This document shows, piece after piece, positions 11,539 through 22,843 of a DNA stretch of 64,000 bases. Position 1 is the first letter of the stretch. Each line of letters starts with the position of its first letter. The stretch is from Trichosphaerium sp. ATCC 40318 (Eukaryota > Protista > Tubulinea). The position numbers and the translations under genes are program-made. Under the pieces are notes generated by a model, which did no database searches, had not been told where the DNA came from, and worked only from the letters and a program-made list of their open reading frames with translations. The stretch lies in contig JALMLS010000150.1 in assembly GCA_038496445.1 (NCBI GenBank), positions 62,001-126,000 of the forward strand. Reading direction: 5' to 3'.

Positions 11539-13149
11539 TTATACTGGTGGATCAGTTGGTGGTGCAAATGGCTCATTTGTTGGTGGTTGAGTTGGAGATG
11601 GAAATGGAGCGTTTGTTGGTTGTGAAAATGGAGGATAAGATGGCGGAACTGATGGTGGTGCAAATGGTGGATAAGATGGGGGAGCCGTTGGTGGTGCAAA
11701 TGGAGGATAAGATGGCGGAACTGATGGTGGTGCAAATGGTGGATAAGATGGGGGAACTGATGGCGGTGCAAATGGTGGACTTGTTGGTGGTTGAGTTGGA
11801 GCTGCCGTTGGCGGTGCAAATGGTGGATAAGATGGCGGAACTGATGGTGGTGCAAATGGTGGATAAGATGGGGGAGCCGTTGGTGGTGCAAATGGAGGAT
11901 AAGATGGCGGAACTGATGGTGGTGCAAATGGAGGACTTGTTGGTGGTTGAGTTGGAGCTGCCGTTGGCGGTGCAAATGGTGGATAAGATGGCGGAACTGA
12001 TGGTGGTGCAAATGGAGGATAAGATGGCGGCGCTGTTGGTGGTGCAAATGGAGGATAAGATGGCGGAACTGATGGTGGTGCAAATGGTGGATAAGACGGG
12101 GGAGCTGTTGGTGGTGCAAATGGTGGATAAGATGGCGGTGATGTTGGTGGTGCAAATGGAGGACTTGTTGGTGGTTGAGTTGGAGCTGCTGTTGGATTTG
12201 CTGTTGGAGCTACAACTGGAGCTACACAAATACCATATCTTTTGAGAGAAGGTTCAGCACATCTCTCTGTTCCCCATGTGCCTGCTGGTCTGAAACTGTA
12301 GGTACCTGAGATACTGTTACAGTCTCTTACAGCAGCGTTGTTGTTATTTGAAGCGAAATTGGTGTATGTGAATGATGAACCATCTCTCCACACATAAGTT
12401 CCTACAACGATGATAAGGACTCAGAACTACAAGAAAATAGTTGTTACCTTCAACTGCAATGTCGTTTCCACCAATCCAGCATAATGCCAGCCTTTGTGTA
12501 TCACATGCGGCTACCGCTCTTGTGTTTTCTTGTACTGTTGTGATTTTGGCGAGATCTGTACCATAAATACTTTGGCAAGCCAATTGAGCATCGTTTGCTG
12601 TCAATCTCTCTGACAATAGAACATAATCAACTGGAGGATCATTGCAAATACCACGTCTTCTAAGAGAAGGTTCAGCACATCTCTCTGTCGCCCATTGACC
12701 TGCTGAGCTCGAAATACTATTACAGTCTCTTACAGCAGCGTTGTTGTTGTTTGAAGCAAAATTGGTGTATGTGAATGGCGTTCCATCTCTCCAAGTGTAA
12801 GTACCTATTTTGTTGTAAGAAATAATGTAAAGAAAACAAAAGTATGTGTACCTTCGTTTGCGGCATCAGTACCACCTATCCAACATAATAAATCTCCAGT
12901 TGTATCACATGCTGCTACGACAGCTGCGTTCTCAGTGGCATCTGTAATTTTAGCAAGGTCAGATCCATACATCGACTGACAAGCTAGCTGAGCATCTTCT
13001 GCTGTCAGATCGTTTGGTAAAGCAATGTAGGCATGTACAACGCCAAAGAGCAATGTTATGTGGAGTATCTAGTCACGGTATTAGCAAAAAAAGAGGTTGT
13101 GGTTGTGGCGAAAGAAAGTGACTCCAAAACAAAGAGCTTAACATACCAT
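11539..13149 (-). CDS. Secreted protein with two C-type lectin domains and extensin-like PPSYPPFAPP repeats (paralog 3)
   Basis: ATG-only exon 13147-13149; signal peptide; CTL-A (15-bp in-frame deletion vs paralog 1) + CTL-B (CWIGGND, WRDG, WGTERC); Pro-rich tail ending [12 protein letters not shown]. Confidence 0.85.
11545..12215 (-). repeat. Coding minisatellite (PPS(V)PPSYPPFAPP units, 39-bp period)
   Basis: Tandem ggtgcaaatgg(a/t)ggataagatgg units. Confidence 0.9.
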
Positions 13150-14346
13150 AGTTATATCTGTCATATTGTATAAAGGTTTTTTGATGAGTTGCTTTGTATC
13201 CTGTTAGGACAATAAATTTATGAACATGTGTATTTGTTTTTACCAAAAAAAATAGTTCTTTGAATAAAAATCCCTTTTCTTCACTTTTAAAGTTAATATA
13301 AGCTGCAGGGATAGTACGCTAAGTTAGTTTTATGATTTGTTCATTTCATCGGTGTTTCTTCGGATTAACTTTTTGGATTGCGTCACACCCACGAAAACTC
13401 TCGAAGCACGTGATATCTCGAGTATTATTATGACACAACGTGCTCTCCAAAGCTTTCGGAGTTCTGGCATTGTTTGAATCAGCTGTAACAAAGTTTCCTT
13501 TTGCACATAAAGTGGTAACGTGAACATATGCTACAGCAAGACTGGAATTTTAAGACGAAAGTAGTACAAAACAATTGTAATGTTGGCTCAAATAATGCCT
13601 ATTTCACAACGGCTATGCCGGATTCCGTAAAACTATAGCATTGTTGCACATGGTATGTATACATTGAAAGAAGAGCCAGGAGTTGATTGCTAGGCATGTA
13701 AGTTCTTAAGGATCCTTTGTTGGTCAGTCCGGTGTTTGGGATGTTCGAAATTATTCGTAGTTTTTTCAGAAATAAATAAATTCGGTAGATTAACGTTGTT
13801 TATACATGTCCTTTGCAAACGGACTTAGTGAAACCTGAACAAATATGAAAGAAAACTGCACGTAGACGAAATAAACGGTTGTTGTGTCGTCTTACTTATT
13901 TTCCTTCTTTTTAAGCATCAATTGTTTGTTTGCCTATTTTATGCCGTGGGTGACTACATACCATATTTTGCAGAGCATTAATAAAAGCAAAACATCAGAT
14001 TAATGTCTGTATCTCACATCTGGTTCACGAGTGTATTACAATGACTGATGATATTACAGACGTACAACACGTGTAACAATTTTTTAGTGATCTATCAAAG
14101 CAACAGCTACCAATTTTACAAAACAACCCTACCATGTGAAAAATAACATAACCACGAGTAGTATGAACAAGTACGAGGTAAAGAACAGCAGATAAGTGAA
14201 CGGTGATGGTTTGAGACTGCCTATGTACTCGATATGTTCAGTTCCGTGTACTAAAGTAAATATTAGAGATAACACGTGTTACGAGAGATTTCGTGATTTT
14301 TATGTCATCATCCAAAAGTCTTTTTCAGAGAAAAATCAAGGTGGCA

Positions 14347-15005
14347 TCCAACATAAAACGAATTGGTATTTGTAATGATCCTCCAGTTGATTATGTTCTA
14401 TTGTCAGAGAGATTGACAGCAAACGATGCTCAATTGGCTTGCCAAAGTATTTATGGTACAGATCTCGCCAAAATCACAACAGTACAAGAAAACACAAGAG
14501 CGGTAGCCGCATGTGATACACAAAGGCTGGCATTATGCTGGATTGGTGGAAACGACATTGCAGTCGAAGGTAACAAATATTTTCTTGTAGTTCTGAGTCC
14601 TTATCATCGCTTGTAGGAACTTACGTGTGGAGAGACGGTTCATCATTCACATACACCAATTTCGCTTCAAATAACAACAACGCTGGTGTGAGAGACTGTA
14701 ACAGTATCTCAGGTACCTACAGTTTCAGACCAGCAGGCCAATGGGAAACAGAGAGATGTGCTGAACCTTCTCTCAAAAGATATGGTATTTGTGTAGCTCC
14801 AGTTGTACAGCCTGTAGCCCCAACAGCAAATCCAACGGCAGCTCCAACTCAACCACCAACAAGTCCACCATCTTATCCACCATTTGCGCCGCCAACAGCA
14901 CCACCAACAAAAGCACCAACAGAACCACCATCTTATCCACCGCCAATAGCACCAACAACAGCAGCGCCACTATCGCTACCATCATATCCAGCAGCACCAG
15001 CATAA
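14347..15005 (+). pseudogene. Inverted C-type lectin/Pro-rich paralog 4 lacking start exon and signal peptide
   Basis: 14078-14870 is an inverted copy of ~10315-11322. The promoter/ATG/signal exon is deleted (junction gtggca|tccaaca|taaaacgaatt). CTL-B and a short Pro-rich tail remain open. Confidence 0.65.
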
Positions 15006-15400
15006 TAAATATAAGTACCACATGTCTCAGCAGAATTATTCATGTAGCAATATGGAGCTTATATAAGCTGTGTTGATGCAAGACGTAGTTCGAGTGATTG
15101 TTGCATTGTTGATGCAAGACGTTGTATGATTGTAAATAATAAAAAAGAATACTCATGTCAGAAACGGGTTTTGAACTCTATGTCATTCCAACCAAAACGA
15201 ACTTTGGAAAAAATAAGGTAGTGCCTATTAAGGTTTTTGATAACCAGAAACAATGCTAAAAATGATTCAACAAAAAATAATGGCGTTGTCTACTGTACAA
15301 AAATAATACAATCAAAAATTATGTGAGCAAAGGAAAAACAAAATAACAAGCATCCAGCAACAACCACTGTTTTTATTAAGTAACATCACAACTTTATTAT

Positions 15401-17102
15401 TCATTGAGACCAAATAATATTTGCTTTTTGTGTTTCCAAATCGAGGGTAACATGTGCGTATTCAAACGACCTACAAGAAAAAAAAAGAATAAGTATGAAC
15501 ACGTGGATTTGAAAAAAAGTAATGCCTGTTGTATGTGTAGTTATTCTTAGTTGCATCTCCAAGAGGTTTACCAAGTTTCTTAGAATATTGTGGCCACCAT
15601 ATATCCCAGTCATTATCAAGGTACCAACTACAAAAGAAATCAAAAGAAAACCCATAACGAGTAAAGCAGAACAACAAAAAAATTATCTGCTCGGATCTGC
15701 TGTAGTACGCGTACCCTTTGGAAAATCCAAAGTACGTATATTCACTTGCACCTATTAAAAATGCAGCTAAAGGAAGCTCAATGTTGTTTATATCTTTGAG
15801 ACGGTTCCTATAGTAATGACATTCTATAACCAAGTCATCGCGATCCTATCAAAAAAGAGCGTTAAAACAAAAAAATCACGTGTAGGTTTTATTGAGATTG
15901 ACAAACCTTGAATTTCTGTAGTTCTGCAATGTGTTCTGCGCATCGTGTAGCGGTTTTGTTCTCGCCTAGTACGCGATTGATCAAGTGATTAAAACTCAAA
16001 AAAAGTACCTGTGAGGTCGCTGCAAAATCCCTCAAACTGAGCGGCACTAACACCAGGCATTGGACATTGAGCAGCAGAGCAACCAGATTTTCCCAAACAA
16101 TTATCGATAAACAAACCCTATAATATCATTACGGATTAGACAAGAAACTAAGATGTGCACCTCACTACCAAGTGCTGTTTGAGTGCCAGTAAGAGTCTCA
16201 AAGAAGCCTTGTAGAAATAAACTTGGGCAATTCTATTGTACTGTCTAAAAGTACCTTCAACGTATGCTGTAGCTGTTTTAGGATCGAGGCTTTCCAGATC
16301 CACTCCATCATGACAACCTCTATCTCCGAAAGCGCTACAAAATATACTGTTAACCGTAATCACAGCAACAAGATTGTGGCTTCGCTTGAAAAAAAATCAT
16401 GTTGAATAGCAATTACATACCCATTGATATTTCCAGTCTTTGTAGCGTTCATGATCTCTGATATCCAAAAATCTCTCACTACTTTTTGGCTGAAATCAAA
16501 GACAAGGATTTTTTCGTGGTCTGGGAAATGAATATCGCCGCTAAACAAAATTTTTAGTTCCACTTTGGTTTGTGCTACTCTTCACAAAGTGATTACAGTC
16601 AATGTGAAAAAACAATAGCCGACAAACTGATAAAATTGGGTGAAAAACAAAAGGTCACGTGCTGTAAGTAAATCGTATTGCCGTTTTTATCTTTAAGCCA
16701 CCAATCAGGGTTCTGCAACATTATTTTATGCGCGTTATAAAAAGACCAGTCCAACACAAGGTTGTAATAGAATATTACATAAGCTTTTGGGTTAGCTGCT
16801 TTAACTTGTGCCGCAGCCTTTTCTATTTCGACCTCTGCTGGGTTACCAGTCTCAATACCTTTTCATAGAGTTAATCACATCATTGAGTGTCATCGAGGAC
16901 GATTGTAAGGTTATCAAAACGTGCCTTGGCCTTTCTCAATGGTGACAATTGGGTATCGCGCTAAATACTCGACTTGGCTTTTATTAAACGCTCCCGAGCG
17001 TTGACACATGTGTACAAACACAGGAGGTGTATCCCAAGAAAATTCAGGCATAGCCATAACGGATAGAAATCCTAATAAAGCGAATAAAAGTATCTGGCGC
17101 AT
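15401..17102 (-). CDS. Secreted putative glycoside hydrolase, GHL15/GH168 (fucanase-like) family
   Basis: Signal peptide then PEFSWDTPPVFVHMCQRSGAF...YLARYPIVTIEKGQG; GLFIDNC; IELPLAAFLIGASEYTYFGFSKGW; WWPQYSKKLGKPLGDA; RSFEYAHVTLDL, all matching the family pattern. Multi-exon. Confidence 0.75.
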
Positions 17103-17539
17103 ATCACGTGCGTATGGAAAAGTATTCGTATGTTTCTTTTTTTTGAAAACGACTTAAGCTGTTGTTCTTCGTACCTTAAGCAGGGGAGTTTGCTTGTAGT
17201 GTAGTATTGATTGTACGAGTTTAAACGGTGCTTTCTGCTAAATACATGCCTAAGCTGTAAGCCTAACTTCATATTCTACCTTGTTATTGTTTTCCCTGGC
17301 TTGTTTAAGTGTGAACAAAGGAATATGTAATGCAGGATTTACGTTCGTGTACTCGTAAGTGGTCGTGTATGGATCCTTAATAGCATCATTTATACCGCTA
17401 AACAAATTGCCGTTTATGCAAATACAAAACTGTTTGTGAATGTCTATGGTTGTATATTAACGATACAAAGATGCAAAGTAAATTGCGGTTTTTATTGAAG
17501 TGTGAAGGGGAGGCAAATGAGTGCCTACAAATTACAAAG

Positions 17540-18148
17540 TCATTCTTGACCTTGTTTTGGTTTCATGGAGGGAAATGATGAATGTCTCTTTCCACCGTTA
17601 CGACATCTTTGAAGACAGAAATCGAGATGAGCATTACATACATGAGGTGGATTGAATTCGCGACAATCTGATTGAGCGATGTGGCAGTTCACAGGGCATG
17701 AGAACTGCTCTGTTGATTCAGTATTTTGAACACTACGTTTTCCGCCATTGCGACATCTTCGGAGACAAAAGTCGGCTTCGGCGTTACATATGTGAGGCGG
17801 ATTGAATTCACTGCAGTCTGATTGGGCAATATGACAGTTGACTGCACATGAGAACTGTTCTGATGATTCGATGTTTCGTTTTCCTCCATTTCTACATCTT
17901 TGAAGACATAAATCGACTTGAGTGTTACACACATGAGGTGGATTGAATTCACGACAATCTCCTTGAGCGATGTAACAGTTGACAGGGCATGAGAACTGCT
18001 CTATCGACTCAGTCTGTGATAAAAAGAGTCAGTATGAGGAATGAATCAAAAAGTATGAGATAACGATATTACTAAAAAGACAACGTACAAGACATAGAAT
18101 CATGGAAAGAGATGCAATGATGACAATGAAAGTAGAGAAAAGATGCAT
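17540..18148 (-). CDS. Multi-repeat Cys-rich peptide precursor A (signal peptide + 3 x 6-Cys peptide-GKR), 177 aa
   Basis: Exon 1 18148-18089 MHLFSTFIVIIASLSMILCL; intron 18088-18014; exon 2 18013-17540 with three QFSC..NC.IAQ.DC.EFNPPH.CN...D.CL.RCRNG-GKR units. Confidence 0.9.
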
Positions 18149-18772
18149 TGATGTTGTTGCTGTTGTTGTTGTGGTTGTTGTTGTTGAGACAATTTGATTT
18201 GATTGGTGGTGAAGATTTGAGTGGAAAACCAAGCTCGTCAAAAAACTAAGCAAATCGTCAATCATTGCGTCACTTTGTGAATAAAAACCGAAAAGCCGGA
18301 CTGTCACCATCTCTTTCCCACATGCTTTCATGAGTATTTTTGTTGCTTTAAAACCCTTCAAGCATCAACCAAGTACATTGGCGGAACTTTTTTACGCCGA
18401 CTTCCTTGGTGAACTAAATAATTCAAACACAACATATTATTGGCGTTAGCTATTTCATAAAACATTTGTTCGGCAATAATCTACGCGTTAAAAAACTCTC
18501 CGTGATTTTAGCAAACACCCATTTTCGAACCAAGTAACTTCAGCAGTTGCTTATAAAACAGGCGTAACTGACACCTTTGACATCGTGTGAGGTCATGTTA
18601 TCAAATATCGCGTGATTTTTTTTCAGTGTACCACGTGAAATTTTGTTTTTGTTCACGTGAATCTAAACGGTACAAAAATATTCCGATGTTGACGAGATTT
18701 TATTTTGGTAAAGACTGAATCAATCAAATTGCCTCAACAACAACAACCTCAACAACAACAGCAACAACATCA

Positions 18773-19382
18773 ATGCATCTGTTCTCTACTTTCATTGTCA
18801 TCATTGCATCTCTTTCCATGATTCTATGTCTTGTACGTTGTCTTTTTAGTAATAGTTGTTATCTCATACTTTTTGATTCATTCCTCATACTGACTCTTTT
18901 TATCACAGACTGAGTCGATAGAGCAGTTCTCATGCCCTGTAAACTGTTATATCGCTCGATCAGATTGTCGTGAATTCAATCCACCTCATGTGTGTAATGC
19001 TCAAGTTGATTTATGTCTTCAAAGATGTAGAAATGGAGGAAAACGAAACATCGAATCATCAGAACAATTCTCATGTGCAGTCAATTGTCATATTGCCCAA
19101 TCAGACTGCAGTGAGTTCAATCCGCCTCATATATGTAACGCTGAAGCCGACTTTTGTCTCCGAAGATGTCGCAATGGCGGAAAACGTAGTGTTCAAAATG
19201 CTGAATCAACAGAACAATTCTCATGCCCTGTAAACTGCCACATCGCTCAATCAGATTGTCGTGAATTCAATCCACCTCATGTATGTAATGCTCATCTTGA
19301 TTTCTGTCTTCAGAGATGCCGTACCAGTGGAAAGAGACATTCATCACTTCCCTCCATGAAACCAAAACAAGGTCAAGAATGA
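18773..19382 (+). CDS. Multi-repeat Cys-rich peptide precursor B (inverted paralog of A), 177 aa
   Basis: Exon 1 18773-18832; intron 18833-18908; exon 2 18909-19382; three 6-Cys units ending RNG-GKR, RNG-GKR, RTS-GKR. Confidence 0.9.
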
Positions 19383-19640
19383 CTTTGTACTTTGTAGGCA
19401 CTCATTTGCCTCCCTTCACACTTCAAATAAAAAACGCAATTTACTTGGCACATTTGTGTTGTTAATATACAACCGTGATGGCCTTCTATGCATCACTTTG
19501 TCATAAGACGTTTAAAAACACAGCTGGGTGATTCTTCTTTTGCGTATTGCAACCAATTAAGTTCCAAAACAGTTTCGAACGAAATTAAGCGAAAAGATTG
19601 TTTTCTTTGAAACTGCCTTAGCAAGAACAACAATCTAAAC

Positions 19641-21388
19641 ATGGAGCACTTAGCGGTAGAAAATAGAGCTCTAGACACCAGCGGATTTGCAAAGGAGCTA
19701 GCAGATGTATCAACACAGGAGTTAAAAGAGATAACAGCAGAATGGAACGTAATTACACAGTTGCCACCGGAACTCGCCAAATTCAAGTCCTTGCATACTC
19801 TCAGCGCGTATTGCAACCAAATAGAGACATTGCCACAGTTCTTATTCTCAATGAAAGCCCTGGCGCGTATTTTTCTCTCAAAGTACGTATACTTGCTATT
19901 AATATGTTCTCAATACGCTAGAAATAACATCAAACATGTACCAGAGGAAATTGGGTTGTTAACGAACTTAGAAGAGTTAAATTTGTCCGTAAATCAGATA
20001 TCTGAACTGCCAGCGTCAATGTCAGACTTGAAAAAACTACGAATACTTACTCTCACTAAAAATAACTTCGAAAAAATTCCTGAAGTTGTGTTCGAAATTA
20101 CTTCCCTAGCAGAGCTTGAAATAAACGCCAATGCAATCAAAGTTATTCCAGATACTATATTACAGCTATCAAACTTAACTGCACTATCTGTGGCGCAAAC
20201 TGAGCTCCATAGTTTGCCTGAAGCTTTAGGAACTTTAAGCAAACTTAAAGTGTTTGATGCTCATCTTAATTACATTAACACTCTTCCGGAATCGTTTGTG
20301 AAGCTTCAATGCCTACAAGATGTGAAGCTGCAGTACGTAACAAGTGATTTTGAAAGTGTAGTTTAGTGTATTAGTTAACTTAAGCACAGATCGAATGACT
20401 TGTCTACCTTTCCTAAAGCATTACAGTCTTTGCCTCTTTTGAATAGTCTGAGTATTGGCAATAATCCAGTATCGTTTAAAGAAGAGGTAAGAACCATACT
20501 CAAGGTGATATGTAACATCAAAAAAGGCAACAGCGATGACAACATCTAAGCCAACTATGTTTATATTCTACAATGATGATATAGTTGATGAGATAGTGCC
20601 TGGTAGGTGTTACGTTCTACAATCTCATTTTGTTTATTTCTCTTTTATCTGATTGTGTACAGGACTGTATTTGGGTTCCCTTGATGGCTCTGCAAATAGG
20701 CATTTTCTTACAGGAAAAGTTAAGAATGTATTGAGCGCATTAAATATCAACTTTATCAAACCGTATTATCCTGACTTGTTCACGTACACGCTGATAGATG
20801 CCAATGATACAGGTATGAGAAAAGCACTTTTACATGTACAACAACACTAAGTACTTCATTAGATGCCCAGGATTTAATTAGCTTATTTGAAGATACATAT
20901 GCAATGATAGAAAAAGGCATTAATGATGGAGGTATACTTGTACATTGTCAAGCAGGGTGAGTTTCAGTCATAAGCTTATTATCATGTGATTTTCTTCTTT
21001 TTTTCTTCTTTTGTTGGCGGTTGTAGCTTATCGTGTTTGTTAAAGACGATCGAGGAGTGCAACACTTGTAGCTGCTTACTTGATGAAGAAAATGAATAAA
21101 ACTCCTGATGAAGCGCTAGATTTTATTACAGAGAGACGACCAATCGTGTGTACGTTTCTGCATATTTTTTTTAATAGCAACAGACATTGATCATCTGAAT
21201 TTAGGTCCTAACAATGGATTTCGTTCGCAGTTACGAAAGTACGCTGTTGTATTGTTTGTTTATTTCTCACTTTGTTTAGATATGGTCGTGAGGTGTTGGG
21301 CATGGAGATTAGTGAACCACCACCGCCTATTAGATACAACCAACCTAAGCCTGAACCAGTTCAAGAAAGACGTTGCACTATTTGCTGA
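19641..21388 (+). CDS. Leucine-rich repeat dual-specificity (MAPK) phosphatase, Dictyostelium Mpl-like
   Basis: N-terminal LRRs; DSP domain GLYLGS, ILVHCQAGRSRSATLVAAYLM, CPNNGFRSQLRKY; C-terminus ...RRCTIC*. Confidence 0.88.
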
Positions 21389-21475
21389 AAACAAGTGTAC
21401 AATAAAATGGATTCCTGCTTTAATTTAAGTATTGTTGCAGTTAGATAACTCCTTCTCTATAGCATCAATAATGTT

Positions 21476-22843
21476 ATACATATTCACAGATTTCACTTTG
21501 GTATACAGCTACCTAGCTTGGGGTTTCTTCTAATTACTGACACGATTAATACCTTTCATTGAATTTATGGTGAGAGCTGTAAAAAAAAACCTTAGAGTGT
21601 AGAGAAGATTTGGTAGTCTAATTTCATGCCAAGCGAGTCTACAATTTCTTCGATACGTTGTTTAGCCTCTTCTCTATTTAGGTTAACACAAGTATGAACA
21701 CCTCGAAAATCAACATATTTAAGGCAATGTTTTCTTGCATTAAGCAAATTCTTAAAGCTGTTGATTGTTACTCTCATATCTGACTTAGAGAACCACATAG
21801 CCAGTGAACGTAGTTTAGGTAATACTTCTGGATGATTACCAAAGTATGATAAATCAGATGCTTGAAGTAGTGCATTAGCGTATCCAAAGGTAGTTATGTT
21901 TGATTGTGGGTTAAACAAAGCAGCTTTGAGGTGAGCAGCATATTCACGTGCGTAACCATAAGAGCCATACCTGAGGTATTGTTTAGTCGGTTAGTTTGTT
22001 GGTTTATATGCTAAAAGGTTTGTACCCATCCCAGAATCGTATGAGAAGAGTTTTCAATGATGCACAGAGTTTTATTGCCTTCATTAGTTCTGCAAAAGTA
22101 TTTTTTTGAAATGCAACGCCAATAAGTTTTAAAGTTGATAAGTTATTGGCTATTAATCTATTTGTTATACTTCTTGTTATTGCTATATTCACTCGGTAAC
22201 TATACATAGTACAACACTTAAGCATCTTATAAGTATCAGGTACTTTAAAACTTATAATCATTTCAATGATCTCCATTGGAAGTAACCCAAAGTAACCATC
22301 TTGCTTTAAATGTGAATAAAGAATAAACCTAATTTCTTCCCAATTGAGTCTCCTATACACCAGTTTCTCGCCTAGCTTCCAGTCAAAAGGATCCATGTAG
22401 TCTTGCTGGTCTATTTCTACAGTATGCACAACAGTACCAAGATCAAATCTATTATGTAGTAGCGTTGGTAAGTACGTTACAACATCAGCTTGAAAAACAA
22501 CTTTTTACTTTTGCAGTTTTACTCTCCCACGTGCGTGGCAGTAGGTTTTCAATGTAAAAAAGTAGCGGTTTGATCCAAGTAAAATAAAGTAGGCGTACAG
22601 TTCCTTACACGCCGTCAATGGGTACAATTCGTAGTTATAATCGATTAGAGTAGTGCGTTGTGGCAGTTTTTCGATGGGATGACGGTGATGTCTCGTTACT
22701 CTCCTCCGGCCATCCCAAAGCGACACTGTAAAATACCCTGGCCTGGATGATCCTCTAAACAAGTAATACTTCTTGTTGCGCATGGAAGCTGTAAATAGCA
22801 ACTCAGTGTCACTAGCTGATAGATAAGGTACGTAATCGGCCAT
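21476..22843 (-). CDS. SH2-like domain + F-box-like motif + LRR-like protein
   Basis: YYLFRGSSRPGYFTVSLWD (SH2 FLxRxS-like); GLLPMEIIEMIISF (F-box-like); LSTLKL/LKTLLI/LRSLAM RI-like repeats. 3' end approximate. Confidence 0.55.

Larger units (their letters stand above)
17450..19475. repeat. Inverted (head-to-head) duplication of the peptide precursor gene including UTRs
   Basis: ~17450-18205 is the reverse complement of ~18717-19475, including CAA-repeat 5' leaders and 3' AATAAA regions. Unique ~510-bp spacer. Confidence 0.9.

Noticed and set aside
11430-12245. ORFs 11430-12245 (+), 11511-12155 (-, poly-His) and 11573-12229 (-)
   Set aside because: Shadow frames of the PPSYPPFAPP repeat.
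17689-19233. 87-aa ORFs MNSIHLMCV... overlapping the peptide precursors
   Set aside because: Alternative frame lacking a signal peptide; the Cys/GKR frame splices to the signal exon.
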